A stretch of DNA of 63,156 bases, the filler included, from Trypethelium eluteriae (lineage: Eukaryota), in NCBI GenBank assembly GCA_051942245.1. It is 3 parts of 3 records of this genome, joined end to end, with 100 filler letters (N's around TTAATTAATTAA, not from the genome) between each part and the next. Parts side by side here need not be neighbours in the genome. Positions count along the whole stretch, not along the records: positions 21,140 to 42,157 come from JAVECL010000481.1; positions 42,258 to 63,156 come from JAVECL010000483.1; 1 more part is not named here. One strand, given 5' to 3'. The position numbers and the translations under genes were made by a program. Shown piece after piece: positions 36,294-48,977 of the stretch. Within the stretch, counting starts at the first letter, position 1; each line of letters starts with the position of its first letter. The notes beneath the pieces are model-generated. The model saw only the letters and a program-made list of their open reading frames with translations, had not been told where the DNA came from and made no database searches.

Positions 36294-36378
36294 CGCGATC
36301 CGGCGCCGGAGCTCTGCCGCGCATCCAACCGTGCCAACCTAAGCTTTGGCGCGTCATCGGCGGGACGCGATATCGCGA
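36294..36378 (+). promoter_or_regulatory. Cluster of MCB-like CGCG elements upstream of RAD52
   Basis: Five CGCG cores, including GCGCGT (36349-54), ACGCGA (36365-70) and TCGCGA (36373-78), within 140 bp of the ATG. Confidence 0.55.
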
Positions 36379-36426
36379 GTCTCGTGGACCTTCTATGTAG
36401 CTCACATTTACCATCTTACACGGATC

Positions 36427-38389
36427 ATGCCAGCGTATGTACTCACTCATGATACATCTGAGAACTTGCGAGCTGATGAATGGAAAGTCAAGGAGATTTG
36501 CAGCGAGATGTTTCCACCTTACCCAATCCATTCGAAGACAAAGTACCACACGTGAACGAATATACCGCAATCGACATCGCCACCCTTCAAAGTCGACTCG
36601 ACAAGCAATTAGGTCCTGAGTACATTTCATCGCGACCGGGCGCGGGAGGATCAAAAGTGTATTATCTTGCCGCCGAAAAAGCCATCAATCTAGCCAATGA
36701 AGTATTTGGGTTCAACGGATGGTCAAGCGCAATTAAGAACGTCCAGATTGATTTTGTGGGTGCTGCAACATTAATACTTTAATCTCATCGGGAACTAATC
36801 ATCAGTAGGTAGATGAAGATCGAAATACAGGGAAGATCTCGCTTGGTCTATCAATTATTGTCCGCGTGACGCTCAAGGATGGTTCCTTTCACGAAGTTCG
36901 TCACAAGCATATGTAGCCTCTACCCTCGAAACTTGCTTACATCAATTAGGATATCGGATACGGCCATATCGAGAACTGCAAGGGCAAGGCGGCAGCCTTT
37001 GAGAAGGCGAAGAAGGAGGCAGCTACGGACGCGCTGAAACGAGCGCTGCGAAACTTTGGAAACATACTTGGAAACTGTCTATATGACCGTGAATACCTCC
37101 AACGCGTGACAAAGGTCAAAGCTGAGCCTTCACGATGGGATGTCGACAGTCTCCATCGGCATCACGACTACGCACCAGTTAAGGAGGAGCCGGCAACCAA
37201 TGTATCCACGAAGGAAAAGAGTGAAAAGCTGCCACAGAACTTAAATACAGCATCTGAACCATCACATTTTGAAGGTGAGTACGATGAATTTGGAGGTGAC
37301 GTTTTTGATGGCACAGACATGACACATCCTGATGAAGTCATGCTGGATTCGTTCATAAATGAAAAGGAGACATTACAGCCAAAGCCGGTAGTTGAGGGAA
37401 GAGGCATGCGACCGCAACCGCAATCAAGACAGCAAATTCCTCGGACGAAATCAATGCCAGTCCTCCAGCCATCTAACAACGCTCAGCTACCGAGTGCTCT
37501 CAATGCCGCTCAGACCCCAGCAACTCTTGGACAGGGGGATGGAAGGCCGCGAGCAACGCCACCATACGTCAATGGAAACGATGCGGTCACACCAAACGTT
37601 ATGGCGCCACCACCGATGCCCAATCAGGCGGACCATCAAGCTCACACTCGATCAAACGTACTGCAATCCAACAAGAATTCAAACTCGTCTGGCAACTATA
37701 ATCCTATCCATGAAACCGAGAACTCTATTCCTAGAGCTCCACCTCAACGACAACCCAACCTGCAACAGCCAGCGTCGGAGTGTCAGGAGCCATCTATCGG
37801 CTTCATTACATCGCGCGCTGCCGAAGCACTCACGAAATCGGATACACCACCAGCTCAAGCGAATTCGGTACCTGCGTTCAACCCTCACGCCGAAAGCCCC
37901 TCTATTCGACGAACGAGTGGAATCAACCACGCCAAGAGCGAGCCTATCGTCAGAAAGAATCTTGCGGGATCCACTGGCCAGACACCTGGGTCACCCCTTG
38001 GACCACTTCATGAATCTCCCAATAACGCTACCGGAGCGCATGCGGCCCCTCGGCCGACGAAGAGCTTGGGGCAGGGGCCAGCCAATTTTGTAAACCCCCA
38101 GTCGGACCCAAGCAGACGGATAGGTATGCCAGCTGGCGGTGCTTCAAGTCCCCTTGCAAACCGGGGCGGGTACAGACCGCCTGTGATGAAGAGGCCAGCA
38201 CCGGGCAGCGAGACTCCTGGGGCTGAGGGCGAACGTGGAAGAATACCGTTGACGGATGTCAGTAACTTAACAGTGGACATCCATGCGCCGTCAAGTGGAG
38301 GGAATGGCGTACAAGGAGCTGGCGCTGGCGTCAGCACCAATGCTGAGAATGGTGGGGATTCGAAGAGGGTGAAAGTGGATGGCGGATGA
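36427..38389 (+). CDS. RAD52: DNA repair and recombination protein Rad52
   Basis: [67 protein letters not shown]; introns with a short first exon ATGCCAGC. Confidence 0.96.
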
Positions 38390-38521
38390 TCGGCTGAGGA
38401 AAGAAAATACCAGTAATGCTTGGCTTCGATGTCGCTGCATGATACCCATCTATTGTATTGCAGGCACAGAATCCATCGATCAGCAATCCAGACGTGCTTC
38501 CGTTCTGTGGATTTATGCTCT

Positions 38522-39088
38522 TCAAAAGTCTTGGGCTTTCGAGGTGCTCTTCTGACTCCTGGCTCGCACTGAAGAGCTGATATCGTACTCTTGGGAAGAG
38601 GAGTCGGGTTCAGTCACATTGGACGATAGCTGATCTGAATCACCCTCGCCAATGATCTTCTCTATCATTTTCGCTTTTGCTGATGCACGTTTCAAGCGAT
38701 CATCTACATCAGAGACCGCTTCTTCAGTATTATTGGTAGACAAAGTCTCCGGCTCGACCAAGGCGTAAAGTGTCTGAAGATGCCTCTGCAGCCTCGAATT
38801 GGCTTGCAAGGCCGGGAGCAAAGGCTCTTGTGGCTCCTGCAGATTGCTGTCGCTCCGGCTTCCGTTGACGGGAAGATGAGTTCCTTGGTTGGGAATGCGG
38901 GCTTGCCAAACCGCTACGTTTCCAGACAATTGGCCCATTTCCACATATTTCTCAAATCCCATTTGCAGTCCGAAGATGCGGCCTTCTGTTCGGCCTGCAC
39001 GAGAGCCATCCTCGACACCTAAGCGAAAGCCTTCGTTGTAGTATTCGTCTTCCAGCTCAAGGAGGCTGTCGAAATTATCCCGGGCCAT
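38522..39088 (-). CDS. LTO1: Lto1/ORAOV1 (DUF1715, Yae1/Lto1 family) protein
   Basis: FDSLLELEDEYYNEGFRLGVEDGSRAGRTEGRIFGLQMGFEK deca-GX3 pattern. Confidence 0.8.
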   Translation of the reverse strand: MARDNFDSLLELEDEYYNEGFRLGVEDGSRAGRTEGRIFGLQMGFEKYVEMGQLSGNVAVWQARIPNQGTHLPVNGSRSDSNLQEPQEPLLPALQANSRLQRHLQTLYALVEPETLSTNNTEEAVSDVDDRLKRASAKAKMIEKIIGEGDSDQLSSNVTEPDSSSQEYDISSSVRARSQKSTSKAQDF

Positions 39089-39608
39089 GATGTACTTGTG
39101 GATCGTAGAGATTTTAGATGCGATCTGATCTGCTTTCTGCCTTAAGCTTTTATTTAGTCTTCGGCATTAGCCGTCGAAACACGACACTATTCTAGTGCGG
39201 GGAGGCTCTTCTGACGAAACATCCACAGTGCCAGGGTGCTCCGTGGCTGGCTGGTGCTTCCGCCCCACCATACTGTACTTCGTCGATGAAACTCTGACTC
39301 AATGCTCGTTGACATGATTTAAATCTACATACGAATAACTCATTCTTCCTTCTTCCTCATTTTTCAACAATAAGTTCGTATCGGTGGATTTTACATCAAT
39401 TCAATCCACCGAACTTCCACACGTTGCCCGAACTTCTTCCAGATAGCCGCACGCGACCCTGCGTTTCCCTCTTCGTTACAAAAGCAGCCGCAGAGATTGA
39501 AAGTTACTGACGCGCTTTATTTACAAACATTGAGATCTGTTCTTCTAAATACTCCCCTCGACCAAATCCGCCGCGAATTCTACACCTTTTGCGGCCAAGC
39601 CTCGCGCT

Positions 39609-41745
39609 ATGGGGGACCATAAAGTACTACCACAGGAGGGAAAAAAGAATATTCTAATAACAAGCGCCTTACCCTACGTGAATAACGTCCCACACCTAGG
39701 GAACGTCGTCGGTAGCGTGTTGTCGGCGGACGTCTTTGCAAGATACTCAAGAGCAAGAGGCAACATTACACTCTTCGTGTGTGGTACAGACGAATATGGT
39801 ACAGCCACCGAAGTCAAGGCAAGAGAAGAAGGTCTTTCAGAACAGGCACTCTGCGACAAATACCACAAAATACATTCAGACGTGTACAAATGGTTTAATA
39901 TTGGGTTTGATATCTTCGGCCGGACGCCGACGGAGCAGCAAACAACGATAGCCCAGGATATATTCTTGAAGTTACATAAAAATGGTTTTCTGGAGGAGAA
40001 GTCTGAATCACATTTATATTGCGAAGGTATACATTGCCTCACAAACTTTTTTGTATGGACAGCTACTAATTATTAACGACAAAAGAGCATTCATCATTCC
40101 TGTCTGATCGCTTCGTGGAAGGAGAGTGCCCGACTTGTCATGACTTGGGAGCACGAGGCGACCAATGTGATAAATGCGGGAGGCTACTTGAGCCTACTCA
40201 GCTGATCAATCCGCGATGTAAGGTAGACGGCGCGACTCCAAAGTCGCGAGATACCAAACATCTCTTCCTTTCTCTCGATAAACTGCAGCCGGAGTGCGAG
40301 AAATGGACCAAAGAGTCACAATCAAGGGGCATTTGGTCTTCGAACGGAGTTGCGATAACACAAAACTGGCTAACGGAAGGTCTCAGGCCACGAGCCATAA
40401 CTAGGGATCTGAGATGGGGAACCCGAATACCTAAGGAGATGGGTGACGGCTACAAGGATAAGGTCATGTACGTGGTAAGTACGTCAGTTTCCATTAGCTT
40501 TGTCCATCCGCAAGATTCGTTCCATTTTACTAATGATATAAGTGGTTTGATGCGTGCATCGGATACGTTTCTATTACTGCCTGTTACACTCCAGAATGGG
40601 AAAAATGGTGGCGCAATCCAGAGAACGTGAAGCTCTATCAATTTCTTGGCAAAGACAACGTCCCGTTCCACTCGGTTGTCTTTCCATCCTCTCAACTTGG
40701 TACGCGAGAAAAATGGACCATGCTACATCATCTTTCTACCACCGAGTACCTACAATACGAAGGCGATAAGTTTTCCAAATCCAAAGGTATTGGCGTCTTT
40801 GGCACTGGCGCTGCCGAGACGGGACTTCCATCAGACGTGTTCAGATATTACCTTCTGAGCCACCGGCCTGAGAGCGGTGATACGGAATTTTTATGGAAAG
40901 ACTTTGTCGATGCTAACAATAACGAGCTTCTCAACAATCTCGGTAACTTCTGTAACCGTATCATCAAATACGTCAGGTCTCCCATTTTCGTCGGTATCGT
41001 CCCTGCCTATCGATCTTATCTATCTTCTTCCTCCCTTTCGGAGCTTTCTGGTCTCCAAAAATGGGCCGAGGAAGTAGATCAGATGTTGAAAGACTACCTG
41101 CAGCAGATGGACGCCGTCAAATTACGTCTGGGCTTGCAGACCGCCGTCCGTATCTCCGCGCACGGAAATCTCCTCTTGCAGTCTCACCGCCTCGACAACA
41201 AACTCGCCCAGTCGAATCCCGACCTCACCGCCGTAGTCGTCGGTCTTGCGCTCAACCACGTCCATCTGCTCTCCACAATCTTCGCTCCCTTTCTTCCCAC
41301 CACTTCCACATCGATCCTTGAACAACTAAATCTCCCACCCTTGCAACCGATCCCGGAGGCATGGAACTTTGAAGTCATTCAGAAAGCTGGTGTCCCTGAA
41401 GGGCATACGCTCGGAGAAGCCAAGTACCTCTTCAGCCAGATCAAGCCAGAGAAAGCAGAGGAGTGGAAGATCCAGTTTGGAGGGGAAGCGCTGAAGAAGC
41501 AGTTAGCGGAGAAGGAGGCGAAGCGGTTGGCGAATAAAGCGGCGAAGGATAAGAAGAAGGCAGAGAAGGCAGCGTCGAAGACTAAAGGAGGGAATGAAGA
41601 GCCGTCAGAGAAGGAGATTGCGGAAAAGAAATTAGGCGAAGGTATGCTGAAAGCAATTGAGAAGGACGATCAGCAAAGAGGAGATGGTGATGATGTTGAT
41701 GGAATAACGGAGGGGGTCAAGGCGGCAGCGTTGCAGAATGATTGA
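39609..41745 (+). CDS. MES1: Cytosolic methionyl-tRNA synthetase
   Basis: [16 protein letters not shown] (HIGH), zinc knuckle [29 protein letters not shown]; two introns. Confidence 0.96.
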
Positions 41746-42157
41746 GGGCTGGACATGTAGACCACACGCTATATCGAATGAATATAAAAGAGAATAATCT
41801 TCAAGCTTCAATCTGATGGCCGCGTACGGGCTTCTGATACACAGACTGTACACACTCAACGCCGAGCCCAAGCACAGTGTTTCGAGCGAACCTGTTTAAA
41901 AAAAATAACAAAGGAAAAAGGAAGTCGATGTTCCCCGGGTCTCGGGTCCAGCCGCCCAAAAAAATAATCTTTGGTTTAGAAACCGTATGGGAAAAGAAAC
42001 CCTAGATCGGAATCTCGCCAACAGTGTAGCAAACGAGCTCCATCAGTATACCCCTCCCCCAAGACTCCTCCTGCGCGATCACCCTCCACTCTCCCATCAA
42101 CCCCATTCTTCTCCTTCTTTCGTCTCTTCTCCCCTCACTGTCCACCACTCACCACCC

Positions 42158-42257
42158 NNNNNNNNNNNNNNNNNNNNNNNNNNNNNNNNNNNNNNNNNNN
42201 NTTAATTAATTAANNNNNNNNNNNNNNNNNNNNNNNNNNNNNNNNNNNNNNNNNNNN
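42158..42257. other. Artificial contig linker (N44-TTAATTAATTAA-N44)
   Basis: Same six-frame-stop spacer at 42202-42213. Confidence 0.98.
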
Positions 42258-42775
42258 GCGTCGGTTGATGCCGTATTTGGGGAGGATGAGCTTGAAGATG
42301 CGGAGGCTGGGGGTGGTGTTGGAGGTGAAGTGGGTGATTGGGTTTGATTGGACCGGGGAGGCGGAGTCGGAAGTGTGGGTTGAGTATGCTTGTCCACCGG
42401 TTTGTGAGTATGCCATTTGATGTTTAGCTAAAATGTCGCTAATTGATTTCGAATCAGGGCATGAACTGGATGATAAAAGGAAATCATTGAACAGAATTCC
42501 GGAGATTTTCCAGACCCTGGTCAAGAGTAAGGGAGTGTTTGAGGCTATTAAAATTATGGTTGGCTTGCTGTTTCCAAAGCCAGAGGAATCATTTGGCGGT
42601 GATAACATCACGTTAAGTACAGGGTAATGTATTTCATTTCGTCGGTACACTTTATGAATGTAGTGATATACATCTAAGTATGATACAAGAAGGATACCCA
42701 AGTCTGTACATGAACGGGCAATAGCCAGAGTGGGTGAGATGATCGGCCTACAGACCTGCCCAATGGTAGAATCGT

Positions 42776-43531
42776 TTACGCAAAAAACGCAAACAACGCA
42801 GCCACGGAAATGAGCAGTCCTGAGCTAACACCCATACTCGTCGCTGAGTTCCCAGTCTGTGACGCCGCAGTCGCGGAGCCACTCTTTGACGCGGTGGCTG
42901 TCACTGACGGATCCGATTCTTTCGTCGCTGATGCCCCACTCGACGATGCCCCCGTTGATCCCGGCGCTGCGGTGGACGAAGCACTGCTGCTGCCACTGCT
43001 GGTACTGCTACCACTCGCAGCCGCCAACTTCTCCACTCCAGCCGTAATCGTGATGGGAGTAAAGCTGATATCAGTGGCAGAGAGCTCCTGGGTCAGCGGC
43101 GCAGTCATTAGATCAGATTGGTCGTCGCCGAACGCCTCGGCATCGCCTCCTTCATACCAGGTGCACGTTCCAGTGGTGGTGCCCTGCAGCTCGCAACGGG
43201 TCGACATTGTGAGAGCACCTGTGGCGGAGGGGGTCTCGGAGGAAGCAAAGATGGTGGACTGTATGACGAAGAGGGTCGGATTGGCGGTGATGGTGACGTC
43301 GGGGCCGCCGCACTCGTCGGCATTGTTGGTGTCGTTGGAAGAGGAAGCGCAGTTCACGGCGAGGACGGTGGCGGTCGCGTCAGCACTGACGACGGAGGCG
43401 ACGACGGTGGAGAAGAAGGTGTCGTCGGGGTCGGAATTGTCGGCGAGGCCGCCAAAGAAGATAGAGGTGGTGGTGGTTTGGGCGGCGGCATAGCTGGCCA
43501 AGAGGCTGAGGAGTGAGATGGTGGCGAGCAT
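42776..43531 (-). CDS. GPI-anchored Ser/Thr-rich cell surface protein
   Basis: Signal MLATISLLSLLASYAAA; ASVVSADATATVLAVNC; PITITAGVEKL; S/T/A stalk; hydrophobic C-terminus. Confidence 0.88.
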   Translation of the reverse strand: MLATISLLSLLASYAAAQTTTTSIFFGGLADNSDPDDTFFSTVVASVVSADATATVLAVNCASSSNDTNNADECGGPDVTITANPTLFVIQSTIFASSETPSATGALTMSTRCELQGTTTGTCTWYEGGDAEAFGDDQSDLMTAPLTQELSATDISFTPITITAGVEKLAAASGSSTSSGSSSASSTAAPGSTGASSSGASATKESDPSVTATASKSGSATAASQTGNSATSMGVSSGLLISVAALFAFFA

Positions 43532-45333
43532 TTTGATCTTTTCTTTTTGGCTCTGAAAAATGAATGTGGTGGTTGGAAAACGAATGTAAGTGCTACTGCT
43601 GAGCAGAACAGAGCAGAGCAGAGAGATATTTATGAAGAGAGAGACTGAGGGTGAGATCTTGCGTGATGACAGCGAAAGAAGTAGGAAAAATGATACGAGA
43701 ATCTCGTCTTTGCAGAGAGGGCTCACCTTATACGGGATGCAGAACATCACGATTGCTTAATCTGCTAGCTTGCTAACTATCGACTGATTCAGCTTTTAGG
43801 GCGCCATTGACGGGCTCATGCGTTGTAAGAAGCAGAAGAGGCGCTGCTCAGATTCTTGGCGGCTTAAAATAGGGACCCCTGAAGTCTAGATTCGCCTGGC
43901 TCAAGCACACGCCCCAGCATTTCGCATAAACGAGCCAATCCGGGCCAATGCGCGCGACAATTTGCATTAAAACGCCCGTGCTGTTTTTGCCCTATGCCCC
44001 TTCCTATGCCCCTTCGTATCTGTGTAATTTTACTGTGATGGCACTTCCTCAGCTAGCTTTGGGCCGGACCACTGAAGAAGCCTTTTACAGCATCTTCCTG
44101 CGTCTCACGTCTATGGCATCCTTCACTAGACCACTTTAAACCTGAGTAAAAGTCTTGCATAAGGACTTTGGCGAATTAGACTGAGGGACTTTGCTTCACA
44201 ATTCTCGAAATTTCCTCCTCAAATGGCGATTGCTCTATCATGAGTTTGTATGAGAGCACGCTAATGCAACTCGTAGACATTGGATACGGAAAGACGCTGT
44301 AGAGCAACCTCGTATTTTGCTCCCTTACCGGTTGGCAAAGTAACGCAACTAAAGGCACTGGAAGGTTCTAGCTTCCGTGAGGGTCAGGACACAGAGTGCT
44401 CCACCATCTGAACTTGTGCATCGCAGGATTCGACACCAGACTGAACAGGATCGAAACATGGACACCCTGGCCTTCAGGCGTTATATCTCCGCAGTCCGAT
44501 CCTTTTAGGAATTGCGCACGCTTCTGTGACCAGGTAGTGATTGGATCGGAGTACACCAAATCGGTGCGAGCCGATCCTGCCGGAGAGTTTTCAGTATCGC
44601 ATAGAGAACTGTGCGTATTCCTACTCCGTGGATGCTTTCCAATTTTCTAGGGATGATAACTCTGCACGGATCCGCCGAGCTCGACCTCGACCTCAACCAC
44701 CATCTCAAGACTTAGAAGGATGATTGGACAAGAAGCAACTCGATGTCTTTCATATTTTGTTTACAGGTGTTTCAATGACAAAGTCGAAACTGTGCGTGGT
44801 CCAGGGCTATTCTAGGTCGGCCCCGCATCTACGAAAATCGGTCTGAAGATCTAAAATATCGTCAATAAAAATTTGCTCAATCGTCTTTGAGGAAAGTTTC
44901 TGCGGTGAACTATGGGCACTGAAGTCTGTTAAAACTATGAGATGGACATTCTGTGGTTGGGTTCTTGGTTCTATGAAGCTATCCAGGTCCGAGGTTTTTG
45001 TACCTACTATGGTTTTGCAGCTACGCTACACCCAACTTGGATGGATTCAGGTAGATCTTCAACGAATTCGACGTCAGGGAATCATATATTACTCAAGCTA
45101 GGAATAAAACTCCCCGATCAAACAGGCCACCAGAACTCGGCCCGGAAATAGGTCATATGGATTTTATGTGCCGTAACAGGGTGCGCGTACGATGATGTCA
45201 ACAACGTGAATGCACTCATGTCCCTCTTTTCTTCGTTTACTACGACATTATCGTCACAAGCTCTTTCCTGGAGGAACCCGAAGCTCAAAATCAAAAGGAA
45301 GAATAAGCATTAGTTACCTTTACAAACTCTGAA

Positions 45334-46860
45334 ATGGCCACGTCCAAAATCCCCAAATTCGAGGAGACCACTTCCTATCCTTGGTCCTCGAAAGACGGGA
45401 CGATGTTCCCCATTTACAATCCAGCCACTGGGAAAGTCATAACAAATGTAGTTGCGGGAACGTCCAAGGAAGTCGATCTCGCCGTCAAGGCTGCTAACGA
45501 GGCCTACTCGAAAGATTGGCGCTGGAGATCGCCTTCAGAACGCTCAGGCTTGCTCTTTGCCTGCGCCAACGAACTTGATAAACACCTAGATGACTTGGCC
45601 GTGCTTCTCTGTCTCGAGAACGGCAAGCCCGCATCCGGAGCTCGACAGTTCGATCTCAACTTCCTCTCCCGCATCTTTCGTTACTATGCCGGCCTCATCG
45701 ATAAGTTGCCCAGCGAACTCTACGATTCAGGCATTGTGTATACGAATGTCTTCCATGAACCTTACGGCGTTGTTGGTGCTATTCTGCCCTTCAATTGGCC
45801 TCCAATCCATACGGGAGGAAAGCTGGCGCCAGCCTTAGCCATGGGCAACACGGTCGTCATGAAGCCTCCGGAGCAAGCTCCTCTAACCGTGATGCGAATC
45901 ATTGAGATACTGCAGGGCGTGCTTCCTAAAGACGTCATCCACGGCGTCCCGGGAATCGGACCAGAGGTTCCATCATCCTTGGTGCAACATTCTCTCGTCC
46001 ATAAGATTTCCTTCACAGGTTCCACAGCTGCTGGTGCGGCTGTAGCCAAGACCGCTGCCGCAGATGTCACGCAATGCTCTCTAGAACTAGGCGGCAAGAA
46101 TGCTTTCATCATCTTCGAAGACGCTGACTTAGATCAAGCCGTACGTGACGCCTTGGACGGTGGTTTCTTTAACAAAGGCGAAGCTTGCACAGCGGCGTCG
46201 AGAATGATTGTCCATCGCGACGTACATGATGTATTTATAGAGAGGTTAGGCGCTGCAGTCAAGAAACTCGTCGTTGGAGATGGGTTGAAGAAGGAGACGC
46301 ACGTGGGGCCACAAGTGAGCGAAGCCCAGCAGAAGCGTGTCAACAATTACATCCGTATTGGGCAGGAAGAAGATGGTGCCACCATTTATTCCCAAGGAAA
46401 CTTGCCATCTGACCCTGCCCTCAAAGACGGCTACTTCATCAAGCCAACTTTATTCACGAACGTTAAGCCGCACATGCGCATCGCCAAAGAGGAGATGTTT
46501 GGGCCAGTACAAACAGTGACCTCATTCTCGACCTATGATGAGGCTATCGAGATCCTCAATGACACCGAATATGGCCTCACCGCAGCTGTATACACCAAGG
46601 ACATGGAGAAAGGGTGGAAGGCGTGCAGGCAGATTGACGTCGGGATGGTCTGGCTGAACAATTACTGGAGAAATGTGCTAGGCAAGCCGTTTGGTGGCGC
46701 TAAGCAGAGCGGATACGGTAGAGAGCATAACATTGAGACACTGCGAGATTTCAGCCGGCCAAAATTCGTACAGTTCCCGAGTGGACTGGGGAAAATGCCG
46801 TCGTGGCAGGGTGTTTCAGATATCTTTGGGCCCCAAGGCAGCCAGGTGCATGGTGCATAG
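45334..46860 (+). CDS. NAD(P)-dependent aldehyde dehydrogenase, intronless
   Basis: PFNWP, FTGS, LELGGKN, FFNKGEACTA (catalytic Cys), EEMFGPV, PFGGAKQSGYGRE. Confidence 0.96.
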   Translation: MATSKIPKFEETTSYPWSSKDGTMFPIYNPATGKVITNVVAGTSKEVDLAVKAANEAYSKDWRWRSPSERSGLLFACANELDKHLDDLAVLLCLENGKPASGARQFDLNFLSRIFRYYAGLIDKLPSELYDSGIVYTNVFHEPYGVVGAILPFNWPPIHTGGKLAPALAMGNTVVMKPPEQAPLTVMRIIEILQGVLPKDVIHGVPGIGPEVPSSLVQHSLVHKISFTGSTAAGAAVAKTAAADVTQCSLELGGKNAFIIFEDADLDQAVRDALDGGFFNKGEACTAASRMIVHRDVHDVFIERLGAAVKKLVVGDGLKKETHVGPQVSEAQQKRVNNYIRIGQEEDGATIYSQGNLPSDPALKDGYFIKPTLFTNVKPHMRIAKEEMFGPVQTVTSFSTYDEAIEILNDTEYGLTAAVYTKDMEKGWKACRQIDVGMVWLNNYWRNVLGKPFGGAKQSGYGREHNIETLRDFSRPKFVQFPSGLGKMPSWQGVSDIFGPQGSQVHGA

Positions 46861-47016
46861 GAGACACGCAGAAAAGTCACCAGAGCAGGCTACAAGGATG
46901 GCACTTGAGATAAATGGATGACTGGTTGGTGGATTGCCATGGGAAAAGATGAGGGCCTAGCTTAGCCATAAAATACAATGGAATCCGGAACGCCATAGCC
47001 ATTCCAGAGCCATCTA

Positions 47017-48710
47017 TCATTGTGACGGATCCTCCATGCCGACATCGCCTGACTGAACCTTGCCCATGTTCTTGAGCAGGAAACTTCTCTTGAAATATGT
47101 ATTCGGATGCAGTATCGTATCCAGATCTGCCGCATTCCACGTTCCTTCATCCTTGACCTATCATCCGCCGTGGTTAGAATCTTAATTGGTGGAGGATGGT
47201 ACAGCACTCACTTTCTTAAGCTCGTTCTTGTGCGCCGATTCAAAGACTCGGTTACACGCAATATGGTACCGTTGTCTCCCAACGTCTTCCCGCACTGTCT
47301 TCAACAAGTCTCTATCGTTCACACCCATCTTCTGCAGAAGGCCGACCAGATTATCCGGGCTGAACGTCCGATAGGGACACCCGTGAGTCTGACCAGGACC
47401 AGGCATGCCTTCTGTTAATAGCTTCTGGCAGCTGTACGGCGTATAGCCCCTTCCCCTCCTATTCGCATCGCCTCCAACATCACCATAAGCATGTCGGATA
47501 TTGTACAGGTATTCCTTGGTGAACTTTTCGTCCGTAATTAGACGGAAGCTTTTCCGCCAAAACGCAATGCATTCAGGTAGAGAAAGCCCAATGCCTTTGA
47601 GGAAAAGAGTGTATTGGAGGCGGCCAAAATGTTTGAGATGAGAGTTTGCGCGGAGGGTTGAGTGCAGATGAGACATGCAAGCTGGGAAATGAGTCGATAA
47701 GGCATCAACGTTTGCCGCACTGATGTCATTGCCAGAGAGAGAAGAGTCTTGTGAGTAGGCTGCATCTGGAGCTGTGAAGGACTTGCTGAGATGGGCAAGG
47801 ATTGGAGAGAGTCGGTCGTCTTCGTCGAGACGTGGCAAAGCGCGTGAGGTGAGCTATAAGAGATGAATGTCAGCATTATCTGCGCAACGGATTAAAATCC
47901 AGTAGCGACATACCACAAGGCCTTGATCGAGCCGCCTCTGAAACTCATTCACGACTAAAGTAGTCTGTTCTCGCACCGGGACATATGCTTTTCCCCGCTT
48001 CAGGAAGACTTTACGACCCTCTACAAGCTCAGGCACTTGCTCCCAATCTACCTTGAACCAACCCTCCTCTTCACTACCCGCGTTTTTGGATTTGAATGGG
48101 GTCACGGCGGCAAGCTCTTCAGCCAGTCCCCTCTTCTCTTCCTCTCCAACCTTGTCCCACTCAAAGTTCAGGTGATCCACAAATTCTCGACGTTCCCTCG
48201 CATCGTCGCTTTGAAAACGTAATTTGAAAAGCTGGGTCTCTAGGCGCGAGAATCTTCGTCGTAGGTCTTCTGTCGCGGCGAACGCAAGACGGAGAATGAA
48301 ATGAGAGTAGTGGTCACGTTTGCGTTCATCTTGCAGATTAGATGATCTTGACGAGTTTTGAGCAAGAGGCAGGTGCTTGGCTAGGATTGGTTGCATGTAG
48401 CTTGCGGTCTCTTCTGGTGTTCGATTGCGGAATGCACAAGCTTCAAGCTCCGCGAGGACTAATGTAGGAAGTGTCGCATCAGCAATTGCTCGCGAGGCTG
48501 GTTTGGACATATGAGTTTACCCTTTAGCCGACTGATTGCCCATTCTTCAAATTCCTCGAGCGTAATATCAAGCGTGGGCGGTAGTATGTAAAAGTTGAGA
48601 CGATGTGTGTAATCTTGTTGCTTGAATTGAGGTTGCTCAAACTGTTTCTTTTTGTGATTCAGACCCAAGCGTCTTTTCGGATCGCCTCTTAATGCCTCTT
48701 GTCTAATCAT
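47017..48710 (-). CDS. PRI2: DNA primase large subunit
   Basis: RKRDHYSHFILRLAF, HFPACM, HLKHFGRLQYTLFLKGIGL, YNIRHAYG, YSCQK, HGCPYR, HPNTYF; three introns. Confidence 0.96.
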
Positions 48711-48763
48711 TGTCTTTCTGTAAAGTCATAAGAGTTGAGGTGGGATGATAAGTTTACCTTGGG

Positions 48764-48795
48764 ACGCGGGAAGACGCGTCTAGGCGCGTTCGCGT
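48764..48795 (-). promoter_or_regulatory. MCB (MluI cell-cycle box) cluster in PRI2 promoter
   Basis: ACGCGG, ACGCGT (48774-79), GCGCGT and TCGCGT within 32 bp, ~55-85 bp upstream of the PRI2 ATG; typical of MBF-regulated replication genes. Confidence 0.75.
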
Positions 48796-48977
48796 AAAGA
48801 GCCAAGTTCTTGCGCACTTCTCCCAAACTGTCCGGGCCACCTCCTCCGATCATCTCATTGAAAAAGGAGAGCACTTTTGTAATTAGCGAGTATTCAGAAC
48901 CAGTGCTTGCGAGGTCAGTAAATCTTTATTCACGTAGCTTATCTATTGTATCTCTATACATTCTAAATAGTCTAGCT

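Noticed and set aside
42258..42701. Minus-strand ORF running into the second gap
   Set aside because: May be a gene 5' end (MAYSQTGGQ...) but is too short and featureless to support a call.
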